DNA of 64,000 bases from Schmidtea nova. Taxonomy: Eukaryota. Below are positions 10,856-20,960 of the stretch, in pieces. The number at the start of each line of letters is the position of its first letter. Position 1 is the stretch's first letter. Location: NCBI GenBank assembly GCA_044892505.1, contig CM097882.1, forward strand, positions 315,580,001 to 315,644,000, written 5' to 3'. Made by a program: the position numbers and the translations under genes. Below the pieces are notes generated by a model. That model saw only the letters and a program-made list of their open reading frames with translations, did no database searches and was not told the origin of the DNA.

Positions 10856-10950
10856 ATGACAAAAAAAAACAAATTTATATTTCTGATAAATTATATTTTG
10901 GTCATATACAATCAATATTTGTGGCCCTGAAGAGGACCGTTTATGCTTTC
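10040..10950. repeat. Four dispersed-tandem copies of a ~130-bp unit separated by AT/(AAT)n spacers
   Basis: TTTGTGGCCCTGAA(G/A)AGGACC at ~10099, 10312, 10628 and 10919, each with conserved downstream sequence. Confidence 0.85.
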
Positions 10951-11173
10951 TCATTTTTTTCTTTTTTAGTTTGTTTGAATTGATTGTTAGGCAATCTTTT
11001 TTCGATCATATACTGTTAGCTGGACAACCATCAGTTAGCTTTGCAGTCATCTATTAGCTGGGTAATCACATTTTAGTATCTTTAAAAAATAATAATAATA
11101 AGTAAATTTACCCAAATAAATATTTTATCTGTATGTGCAGAATCGGACATATTGTTAGATCAACTGGAAATCT

Positions 11174-11175
<2 letters not shown>

Positions 11176-11245
<70 letters not shown>

Positions 11246-11267
11246 TATTAATAATAATAATAATATT
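11176..11267. repeat. (AAT)n microsatellite
   Basis: Direct observation. Confidence 0.95.
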
Positions 11268-11271
11268 AACT

Positions 11272-11675
11272 CTATAATTGATCGTTATAAGCGAATTCTG
11301 GAATAATATAATTTGATTCCTCATGATTCAGAAAAATATTATTCGATTCCTCATCTAAAAAATTAAAATGCCCATAAGTCAAGCTCTTATTCTCTCCAAC
11401 CCAAACCCTTTTATTGTCATTATTTGTTAAAGCTACCTTTTCTGTTCTAAATGTGAACAATTGATGGTTTCGTGATTGTTTAACTTTCGCTATATTTATT
11501 CCGTGATAACAATCTACATATGATTGATGCGTAATTGGTGTTCCTTCCAATGTGACACCCTTTGCTTTATTTACTGCATCATCATCCTCTCCCAAAAGAC
11601 TATAACATTTTAGTCTGAAGAATATCCATTCTTTATAAGCCTTCCCTTTTGCTCTTGTCCTTTAAACAATTTACA
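11272..11675 (-). pseudogene. Protein-primed family B DNA polymerase, C-terminal fragment
   Basis: KEWIFFRLKCYSL, KAKGV and KVALTNNDNKR motifs; truncated 5' by the LTR at 11677. Confidence 0.88.
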
Positions 11676-11676
11676 A

Positions 11677-12529
11677 TGAAGGTTTATCAATCAAATATTT
11701 GTGTAAACAAGAACAATCAAGATTATGGATTGAATTAATCCTTGCTGTTTGTGACAGCCTGCAAGAAATCGTTGGCTCCTGTGTAGCATTACGATCACTA
11801 AGAATTTAAACAAAGATGGGCAAGCAAGAGGGTATGATTTTGAGGCACTCAGAGGATACTAAAGTAAGCTTCTTTACTTTAAACCCGCTTGTTATTTTTT
11901 TAAAAAAAATATTAAGCCGAAAAGGATAAATTTATCCTTCACTAATTTTCAAAAACTAATAATAATTTCGCAAAAACTATAACAACTAATAATTTACCGT
12001 TTCTCTTTCGAAATCTGCAAATATCAATCTTCCCACAGAAAATGTGATCGAAGTATTTATATTAATCTCCCTGTCCTCAACTCAATGCAATACTACTAGA
12101 AATAATTGAATTTTTCTTCTGACTGACGAATTTTCAGCTTCAGCGATAATATAAAATTGCAAAATACGCTTCTCTATGAATTTGATTTTCCTTTCTCCAC
12201 TGTTTATTTAAACAAAGTTTATCGCTTGATTGGTTTTTTTTGTAACCTTAATTTCTTCCTCTTATTATCGTCCTTCTCAACTGTCCTTTTTATATGTAAA
12301 TTAAATTAACTGAACTATATTTAGTAACAAGAAATTACTATTTTCCTAATTTATTAATAATTACCAAAGATAACTCAATTCTATTTTTGGTAATTGTTTT
12401 TTCAAGATAACTTATTTTTAGTAAATCTTTATTTTAATTAACTATTTTGAGTAATTTAATATTACTATATTTAAATATTACTTATTTTAAGAACCTAAAC
12501 ACATTAAGGCCAAGGGCCTGACCCTAACA
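11677..12529 (-). mobile_element. 3' LTR of the accessory-rich Gypsy element
   Basis: On the minus strand the purine tract TAGGGGGTAAGAC precedes TGTTAGGG (12529). Ends ...CCTTCA (11677) exactly where PolB resumes. Confidence 0.7.
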
Positions 12530-12815
12530 AGTCTTACCCCCTAAAAGATTTTCGTCTCGAAAACAAGATTAAACAACCAGGCTTTACACAAACAGCATTA
12601 ACATAAAACATAAAAATTTAAAATATACACCATAGCGTAAAAAGAACTTATCAAAAATCAAATGTCACTTTATATTTATACATCACATGAATAAAATAAA
12701 TTTCAAAAGGTCTATTAAAAGTCAAGATCAGGGTCATATGAATCACAAAAAAAATCAAGTCTTCTGTATTTACAATATTTGCTTTGCGACGTTGTTGATA
12801 GGCAACTTGCATTGA

Positions 12816-13300
12816 TTAGGCATCCAGGTCATCGAGATCTGGCTCGGGAATCTTGTACAGATGTACTTCTGTTGTGCTATAACCATTAGCGATTGCATAT
12901 TGCTTTTTCAATACTTGCTTTCTCTTCTTCAGGGTATCTAACTCAAAGCTTACTGCCATTGCTTTGTTATCTAACGCGCTTGTTAATATAAGCGATGATA
13001 CTACATACGGTATTCCGTCCACGTCATAAACATCTTTTTTCATTGTTGTTTATAGCCATTCTTGTAACCGGTTGGCAGTCGTAATCTTTGGCTCTAGGTT
13101 TCCATAGAGGATCGGGGCGTTTATACCACATTGGTTCAAATCCATCTAAACCTACGATTTTCAACATCTTTTTCCGAACTTCGGGTTCAGACTTAACCCT
13201 TATTGCCTCTTGTAATTCCTTAATTGGCGGTTGAAACTCGACTTCCATTATATCATCATCGACTTCGGCAAAAACTTTCTTAGTAGTAATCTTTTACTTT
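12816..13300 (-). CDS. Hypothetical accessory ORF(s), overlapping frames
   Basis: ORFs 13024-13248 and 12816-13043 have protein-like composition; possibly one frameshifted or spliced gene. Confidence 0.4.
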
Positions 13301-13910
13301 AAAAATATCATGAAGGGATCATACATGAATCACAATGTAGAAAATAGTTTCCTCAGCTTATCCTTCAATATTTTGAATTTTCCAAAACAAGAATTATTTT
13401 CATTTTTATGTCAACAAATCTTGATAATTATTTCAATGGTTTTAGTTGTATTTTATATTTTAAGTCTGATTAAAATAAAATTTATGACAAAAATTCTCAT
13501 TATTTAAATTATAATATTATATGCATTACAGTCGCATTTTGATACAAGCTCATCTCAATAAATAATTTAGAAAAAAATTTGTATACTTTCGGTTTCTTAT
13601 TTTGAATTCGTTTTTATAGAAATAATAAAATAAATTTTAAATAAATAAATATTTATTAAATTCTATTTTAGTTAATAGTCTATATAATTATTTTAATTAA
13701 TTAAAATAATTGAGAGTGTATTAAATTTTTAATAAATAATTTTTGAAATCTTCTGTTAAAATTTATAAAATAATTGTAATAATTTTTTGGTTGTTTAACA
13801 ACCTTCTTCAGCTTCATCTTGGATTTATCTCTTTTTACCGGTATTATCTTCTTAAGAATTCTTACAACCTTGCCTGTTTCCTGTTTGTTTTTACCGGGCA
13901 TAATACCTGA

Positions 13911-14681
13911 TTATTTCTTTTGCTGATAGGCAGCGCTAGTAGATGGTTGTTGTTGTTCGGCTTCGCTGACGCATGTTTCGTATTCATCTTCTTCACCTAT
14001 CGATATGATTGAGGGTAGTTGGAGATCTTCTGGTGTCTTCTTCCTTCTTTTTGCATGGTGTTGCTCCGATGTAGATGGTGATTCGGGTAACTTCCACTTC
14101 TGTTCAACAATCTCTGCCGTAGTTGTTGACCTAAATTCCTCCTGAGGTACACTGATATGGTCTAACCATTCATTTCTGATGTGTAAATATATAGCACGAA
14201 TTGCTAATGCCTCATTTGTAACCACAAAATTCCTTGGTTCTCCCGGCACTGTACGCAAAAATGTCTTCGCCAGGAATCCCAATCTATAATAGCCGTGAAT
14301 CTTAGGGACTCCCCGGGATTCTAACAATTTATTCGTGGATAAATCACGGATGCCTAATAATCTCTGCACTGGTAGATTGGCTACCTTGAATAAATCCTTT
14401 ACTAGAATGCCTACCACTATTTTCTTGTCACAGATTTTCCGTATCAAATGGTGACAATCCTCCTCGTCGAAGTTTCCTCGGATTTTCTGTTCGTTCAACT
14501 TATATTGGTGCGTCTGGTAGTGTTTAACTGGATCTTTGGGGGTCACTACTGCACTCAATAAATTATTCCCTCTTATATCCAAGATCGCTATCTGGATAAG
14601 CGTTTTCTTCATATCAATTCTCGATTTTGCAAATCCGGCCGACACAAAAACTGTGGCCTCATCTTCTTCCACTTTCGACAT
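13911..14681 (-). CDS. REX4/ISG20-like DEDDh exonuclease-fold protein lacking catalytic residues
   Basis: Collinear with the REX4 pattern (IAILD.RG..L, VTP..PV..YQT, KKIVVG, IRDLS, EALAIRAIY..W), but ExoI DxE reads SAG. Confidence 0.72.
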   Translation of the reverse strand: MSKVEEDEATVFVSAGFAKSRIDMKKTLIQIAILDIRGNNLLSAVVTPKDPVKHYQTHQYKLNEQKIRGNFDEEDCHHLIRKICDKKIVVGILVKDLFKVANLPVQRLLGIRDLSTNKLLESRGVPKIHGYYRLGFLAKTFLRTVPGEPRNFVVTNEALAIRAIYLHIRNEWLDHISVPQEEFRSTTTAEIVEQKWKLPESPSTSEQHHAKRRKKTPEDLQLPSIISIGEEDEYETCVSEAEQQQPSTSAAYQQKK

Positions 14682-14696
14682 ATTTCTCCTTACAAA

Positions 14697-15290
14697 TCAT
14701 CTGCTTTGTTGGAAATCCTCTTCATTAACATTATAAATCCATGTAGGCTCATTTCTACTCACAATCGGGTAAGGTTTCTTGTAATCTAAGATTTCTACAG
14801 CAATAATGGTATTAACTGCGGATGCCTGTAACATGATGTTACGTTCTCTACCATCAGCATGATACACCTCCAATGTGCAATGTTTATCCAATTCCACTGG
14901 TAGTTCCATCCCAGCCATAAACACTGTAATCGGTCTATTTATAGCATGGAGCCATATATTTCCTAACTTTGGGCATGAGCCATATTCTCTGCATATGTCC
15001 GCTACTTTTATTCTACCTTGGTTGTTCACAACTGTCACCATCATTTGCCTTCGAGGCCCTCCTGGAAATTTATAATCATTTGGGATATCCACCCTTCTCG
15101 GGTAGTACCAATAATTTGAAGTGAGGTGATTCATCTTCGCCGCCACCGTGGTTCCTATGAACCTGTAAACATACACCTCTTTGTATGTGCTATACACTTC
15201 TATATTACTTCTATTTTGGGAATTGTACGTTATCATAAGGTGTTGTTTGTTTGATTTTGTCGGGACTCTTAATTCTTCTGTAGAATTCAT
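14697..15290 (-). CDS. Hypothetical 197-aa accessory protein
   Basis: Intact ATG ORF whose stop lies 16 nt before the exonuclease ATG. Confidence 0.65.
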   Translation of the reverse strand: MNSTEELRVPTKSNKQHLMITYNSQNRSNIEVYSTYKEVYVYRFIGTTVAAKMNHLTSNYWYYPRRVDIPNDYKFPGGPRRQMMVTVVNNQGRIKVADICREYGSCPKLGNIWLHAINRPITVFMAGMELPVELDKHCTLEVYHADGRERNIMLQASAVNTIIAVEILDYKKPYPIVSRNEPTWIYNVNEEDFQQSR

Positions 15291-15452
15291 GGTTTTCTAA
15301 AAAGTAAAAATAATTAAAAGATTTTATCACTTTCATGATAGACCCTCCCAGGGTAAACCAAGTCGACATACACTGATGTCTGATTTTACAGTTGCTCTTT
15401 TGAGCCCACATTATTATCTACATAATTATAAATACTAATATCAAATAAATAA

Positions 15453-16511
15453 TTATATATTTACACTACCTATTCTCTGGTGAGATTTTCCCCTATACTT
15501 AGTCTCGTAGTAGTTTTCCCAATATCGTTTGTCCCTTAAAGTTAATCTAAACATCCAAAGGGTTGCTATTACTAATGCTAAAACCATACTGGTTACTCCC
15601 CCTATTATAACTACAAATAGCCAATTTGGCATTTTATCTTGTAACATCCCCCTAAGTTCTCTTTGACAGGTACAATTTGTTTTAAGTTTATTTACACGGG
15701 GTTGTATTTTACTCACTACCTTTCTTAGATCAATCAAAGCTATTTGAGTTATTCCTTCGCACCCAGGAATTTTTACTAAACTGGCCCTCCCTCGTTTGAT
15801 AGTTAGTTTTTCCATAGCAGGTGGTACCAGATCTAATAATTCATGATGTACTGTGTACCAACCAATTTTCTCTGAAAACTCCAAATATGTTATATTGGCT
15901 TTCGTTACCACTTTTGGTCGTATTGTCCATTTTCGATCTTGATATGATTGGTTGAGTACCAATATAAATATATGAGCGCGATTCTATTATTTTTCATCCA
16001 ATACTCATGCGCGAATTTTACCGTCTGCCCATGATAAGAAATCTCTACTTTTTCCGTAAATACTGCTGTTTTCAAAATCCATCCCGCTTTGTCATCACAA
16101 TTTCACCCGTCTGCAAAAATGTATGGATCCTCAAAAAAAGGTCTTGATTTCCAAGAGATATCCGGTGTTTGGCATTAGTCCTGCGATTACTTTCACTCGA
16201 TCCCATTTGTTTAAATGGAAAGATATACCTTTCTCAGGTGTTATCAGATATAAATCGTATCGGTGCCACTCTATTCTCTTTAAATAGAACCTGAATGCCA
16301 TATCAGTTCGTTGATATCATATATCTGGATGTTGACTCGACTCTGGTACAAACTTCTCGAATGCTTGACCTACCATCATGACGCAGCTGATTACTGTTAA
16401 AAATGTAATAGTTTTAGGAATCTGTCTAGATCGTAACGAGTATCGTTCTGGTTGACCCTTTAGGATACTTTTATATGATTCCAAAGTTTTCTTTTTCGAT
16501 TTCTTATTCAT
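15453..16511 (-). pseudogene. Type I membrane protein with FN3-like segment, frameshifted
   Basis: Hydrophobic signal-like stretch TITFLTVISCVMMVG; manual translation gives VKVIAGLMPNTGYLLEIKT (FN3-like); C-terminal TM WLFVVIIGGVTSMVLALVIATLW and a Tyr-containing tail. Confidence 0.55.
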
Positions 16512-16568
16512 TTCGAATTCGTCTGTTTCTGATTTTGGCTTCTCTTTTTCCGATGGAGCTATCTTTTT

Positions 16569-17660
16569 TCATCTATTTGCGTGAAGCACGATTGGCTCTG
16601 CTTTCTTGTTTGCTACTGACTGTAAGATCAAATTTGTCTCTGTGGCCTTCAATATTTGATATGGCCCTTTATAATTCCTCATAAGTTTCGGGGGCAAACC
16701 TTTTTTGTTATAATGTCCTTCTAACATGACATAATCTCCCACTAAGAATCCATGTTCTTTCGCTTTGCGATCGTGGTATTCTTTCATTGTTTCCTGATTA
16801 TAACGGATTTTTAAACCTGCTTTTTCCCAAGCTTCCTGCATTCTTTCTCTCATTTCAAATAAGTAATTCCCTTCTTCACAATTTTGCGAAGCTTTCGGAT
16901 AAAATATGAGATCTACTGGCATCTTGCTATGCCTTAGGTACATTAGATAAAAAGATATTTCTCCTGTGACTGAATGAACCGCATTCCTATATTCAAACAA
17001 ACATGACGGTTCACATATGAGCTCACATATGATGACAACATATTTGCCAAGGTTCCATTGAACCTCTCCACCAACCCATTCGTTTGTGGGTGGTATGGTG
17101 ATGTGTTTAACTTTAATATACCAAAATAATCATTTATGCTTTTCAGCAAATTGCTCATAAAATCCTTCCCTCTGTCGGTAAGTAATTTTGATGGAACCTC
17201 ATACCTAAATACAATCTTCTCGACAAATATTCTGGCAATTGTGTCTGTCTTATGGTTCGGAATAGAATATGCTTCTGGCCACTTTGTTAAGTATTCGTAG
17301 AAGACTAGTATAAACTTGTTTCCCATCGTTGATTCCTTAAACGGCCCAAGTACATCCATAGCCGTCATCTCCATAGGTGAGGATGGTACTGGCATTGGCT
17401 TTAGGGGTACATGAGGTTTCTTACCTGTATTCCGCCTTGTTACACATACTTTGAACGTTTGACACCACTTTACATCATCTTTCATATCTGGCCAAAAGTA
17501 TTTTGTTTTTAATCTGGACAATGTATGTCTTGCTGAGAGATGTCCTCCCAATGCTCCATCGTGGTATTTTAATAATAACGACTCTCTATACTTCTTTGGC
17601 ACTAATATCACATTGTCTCTCGTTTCCACATATTTAATTAAACCTTCTTCCAAGATAAAT
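16569..17660 (-). pseudogene. Gypsy integrase (zinc-binding, DDE core, GPY/F), one frameshift
   Basis: HDGALGGH, YFWP, AMDVLGP, LLTDRGKDF, PYHPQTNGLVERFN, YKGPY. Confidence 0.95.
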
Positions 17661-17666
17661 TTATCT

Positions 17667-18077
17667 TTATATTTCATCGATCGATCGGAAAGCATTTATG
17701 CAATCCTCTGGTGGGATTATCAATGGTACCGGGATAAGCTTAGCTCCCAGAAACGCTGTATAGCTGTTTGTCCCACAGTAATACTCAAATGTCGCTCTCT
17801 GTATTCGACATTCCCTCACCATGGTCCTATTAAACTCTGTTTGTTGATAAACATGGTATTCTAAATCATCCCGTTTTGCAACTTTATCTGGATATGCTTC
17901 CTTGCATTCCACTGTGTCTACTAATGAATAAATTTGTGCTAGTATCGGTTCACTACAATCATATGCTGTTAAGGAATTTGCCTGTCGCAATATTCCCATC
18001 ATTACTAATAACATCATCATCCAATTAGCGAATCCCCCCGTTCCCCGTGGATTATTTGGAATATTTTCTGTCAACAA
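17667..18077 (-). pseudogene. Env-like class III (gB/chuvirus-type) glycoprotein N-terminus, truncated
   Basis: Signal peptide then LTAYDCS..YSLVDTVEC..C.I....YYCG.NS, the AYDC pattern of chuvirus-like glycoproteins in invertebrate LTR elements. Confidence 0.7.
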
Positions 18078-18119
18078 TTTCTCGTTTATCTCATATTTTC
18101 CTTTTGATTCATTTGTCTC

Positions 18120-20531
18120 CTAAAACTTGTGTTCAGTCATCCATGTTTCAAAATTCACTTCTATGATATCGGTCAGCCTGTCTAAGGCTCCTTGAATTCC
18201 TGACGAATCGTCCTTAAGTATTATTAAGGTGTTTTTAAACATTAGGGCTAAAATCGTTATCATTTTCCCTTTTGTCAACCCTTCTTGCATAAATTGTCCT
18301 GCTACTTCAAACAGTTCTTGTTCCGTGGTGCCTCCCGGAATTTTTTTCATTGCCTTTTTAATCTTGTCTGTAATTTTCTCAACATTGTTAACTTTGTCTT
18401 TCTTGATTTGCCACTCGGGCTTTATCAGTCGTAATATTTGGTTCAATCTCCTCCACGTTTCCGTTTTACCACTAAAATCTCTTGCCCCTTTATCAATTGG
18501 GCTTACTATCCCTGCCAAGGCCTGCCTGTTTACGCTTTGTCTCGTAACTGGCCTTAGGAGTTCTCTTGGAGGCGGGTTCATTTGACTCTTTCTTGGTCTC
18601 CCCCTTCTCTCCTTTCTCCTATTTTCAACAAATCTCGGGCTCATCCTATCCCTTGATGGCCCAATTCCCTGCGAAGTACTAGCTCCGATGTTCGTTTCAT
18701 TTCGGTTTAATCTTATACTTTCATCTTCCATAGGTGGGATTATCTCGACCAACTCATCCTCGGAGTTGTCAAATTCTCGTAAATATCGGTCTATTTCAGC
18801 ATTTAAATCTACAGTTTCCCCTGTCTGTTGGCGGGTATCAGCACCTGCCTGTTGTTGCTCGGGAGGGATCTCATCCTTCTCCAACTCAGCATCATCTGGC
18901 AATCTCAGCGTTGACCATTGGTCCTCTGGAAGTTCGACCAATAATATCAGTACAATAGTTTCCTCTCGCGGAAAACATCCTACATCTACCAAATATTCGT
19001 CGTAATCAACCTGACAACCATGTATCATTATTATGAATGACTCTTACTATTGTTGATACTCGTTTCCTCAGTTTCTTTACTTTATGGAAACACGAAAATT
19101 GTTGTATCATGTGTCCTTTCCTGGGTATCCTGATATCCAACATTACTGGACCTTGTCTATTATCCTGGTGTCTAGTAGCATGCCCATTTTTAATTACTAG
19201 CGTCTTTGCTTGCGTTTGAAATGGTGATGTCCCTTTCAATAAGGGTACCACCAATGGCATTACCTCTCTCAGAGTATCTACTGGGATTCGTAACTCCAGT
19301 ATCCAATCCATTATCATCTTAATGGCTTCCCCGTCTCTCGGGTTTTGCATCAGCTCTATCCCCAACCTTTGTGGTATCGCTGATATTTGATTTAATTGCT
19401 CGATTTCCATTTCAGTTATTGTTAGGACATTGTCTGAGTCCACTACTGTAACAGTTTCCTTGTGAAACTTTGCTTTTACTAGCATTTGTTTTCCTGGTAT
19501 TATACCACAATCTAACAGGGTTTCTCTCTCCAATAATTTCTCTCCCAACAAATATAGTTCGCATTTCAGTCGAGGTTTTACCTCAGCGACTTTCTTGACT
19601 AATGCTTCGACTTTTTCACTTGGGTTTATTGTATATCTATAAAAAAACCTTTAGGTAGGACTACAAAAACTATGGAATCCTCTAGATTTCCTTTTTGCTT
19701 CCAACTTAATCCTACGTTTCGAAGGATTTCTCTCAATACCGGATGCTATTCGTCATTTCGGTTTAATTCCAATACTATGTCCATTACTTTATCAACCTCA
19801 TTCTCATTAATGGGGTTTAATCTGATATCTTCCAGCCTCTGTTCTACTTCTCTTTGCCATACGTTCCTGTGACGTAATAGCATTTTACAGTCATCGATGG
19901 GGTTACCTTCCTCTTTCGATGCTTCTCTAACTTTTATTGGTTTGCTACCACCATCATCTCTCTGGGATGATGTGGCTATTAAGACTTCCGGCTCACTGAC
20001 AGAAGCCCATCGTTTTTCCAAAACCTCTGTTGGATACTCACTGTTAACCACTGGATCTATGTCCATGGCTTTACGAGTTTTACTAGGTGAAACCGGTAAA
20101 CCTTCTTTTTCTCTGTTGGCCTCTGGCTCTATGACCATAGCCTCTCGATTTTTACTGGGTGAAACCGGTAAACCCTCATAACAACTTTTGACCTCTGATT
20201 CCCTGACCATGGCCTCTCCCTCTTTGTTCTCCTGTGGACTCTCTTGAAGCATCAATACGTCAAGTTCTGTTACAATATCATTATTCGTATTACGCTGTGC
20301 ACAACTATCTTTGTTTCGCCATCTTCTGGCTGACAACATGTAAATCTCGGCTTCATCTTCGCCATACTCATCAATTTCATTTGTCGTTAGCCTTGCTAAC
20401 CTATTTCTCTCTTGAATTTCCAATTCAAGCTGTTGTAAATAAGTTAATTTATGATCTGAATGCACTGCAAATGTAGTCTGTTTCGGTCGACTTTTACCAT
20501 TATTATTATTATTCCCGTTATTGTTATTCAT
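18120..20531 (-). pseudogene. Multidomain accessory ORF (~800 codons): low-complexity N-term, CARD-like, two ubiquitin-like, Bcl-2-like
   Basis: ORFs 19746-20531, 19006-19551 and 18120-19028 join through one stop (19746-19748) and two frameshifts (~19645, ~19030) that fall inside recognisable domains. Confidence 0.65.
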
Positions 20532-20546
20532 TAACTGATTTTGTGG

Positions 20547-20960
20547 TCACGAACGCATCATATGACCAAGTTTTCCACACGTATGACATTTAATTTTACC
20601 CCCCGAATTCACTTCGTCCCTCTTTATATTATTATTATTTGCAAAATTATCACTCTTATTCTGAAAATTTTTATTATTATTACTCTGAAAATTTCTATCG
20701 GGGCTTCTTTTTCTTTTATTATTATTGTTAAAATTATTACTTGAGTTATTCCCCCCAAATCTAGTTTTACAAACTGACGCTACATGTCCCTTGCGTTTAC
20801 ATTTCTCACAACTCAAGTCCGAAAATCTGCAGTTTGCCGCCACATTATTGTTTCTCCCGCATTTGGTACATGATTTCCCCTGTGGAATTATTTCTACTCT
20901 TTTTTATGACAATTAAAACACTCAATATCGGACTTATCTATAATACTAATTCGCGACTGT
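20547..20960 (-). pseudogene. Multi-CCHC zinc-knuckle (gag nucleocapsid-like) segment
   Basis: CEKCKRKGHVASVC, CHTCGKLGHMMRS, CTKCGRNNNVAANC and a truncated ECFNCHKK. Confidence 0.8.

Larger units (their letters stand above)
2900..11675 (-). mobile_element. Polinton/Maverick (adintovirus-like) element copy 1, decayed
   Basis: Co-located remnants of PolB, packaging ATPase, rve integrase with chromodomain, penton, major capsid and adenain-like protease. TIRs not identified, so the boundaries are approximate. Confidence 0.92.
11677..20960 (-). mobile_element. Gypsy-type LTR retroelement with many accessory ORFs; RT/RNase H deleted, 5' end not seen
   Basis: Gypsy integrase, CCHC knuckles, env-like ORF, PPT plus LTR; all ORFs co-oriented on the minus strand. 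Confidence 0.8.

Noticed and set aside
10525-10930. Poly-Ile ORFs
   Set aside because: Translations of the (AAT/ATT)n microsatellite.
10099-10940. CTGAAGAG in the repeat units resembling a hammerhead CUGANGA core
   Set aside because: No stem II followed by GAAA and no stem III/cleavage triplet; the first copy has CTGAAAAG.
10040-10950. Repeat array as a CRISPR-like locus
   Set aside because: Eukaryotic context, units of ~130 bp, microsatellite-like spacers and no cas genes.
14900-15130. Faint resemblance of YYP...GGP...VVNNQG to RNase T1-family proteins (also in 51834-52338)
   Set aside because: Catalytic Glu/His spacing is not convincing by eye; left as orphan.
18229-20181. Plus-strand ORFs opposite the accessory gene (18229-18585, 18688-19005, 19897-20181)
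   Set aside because: Antisense shadows of the minus-strand coding region with no independent motifs.
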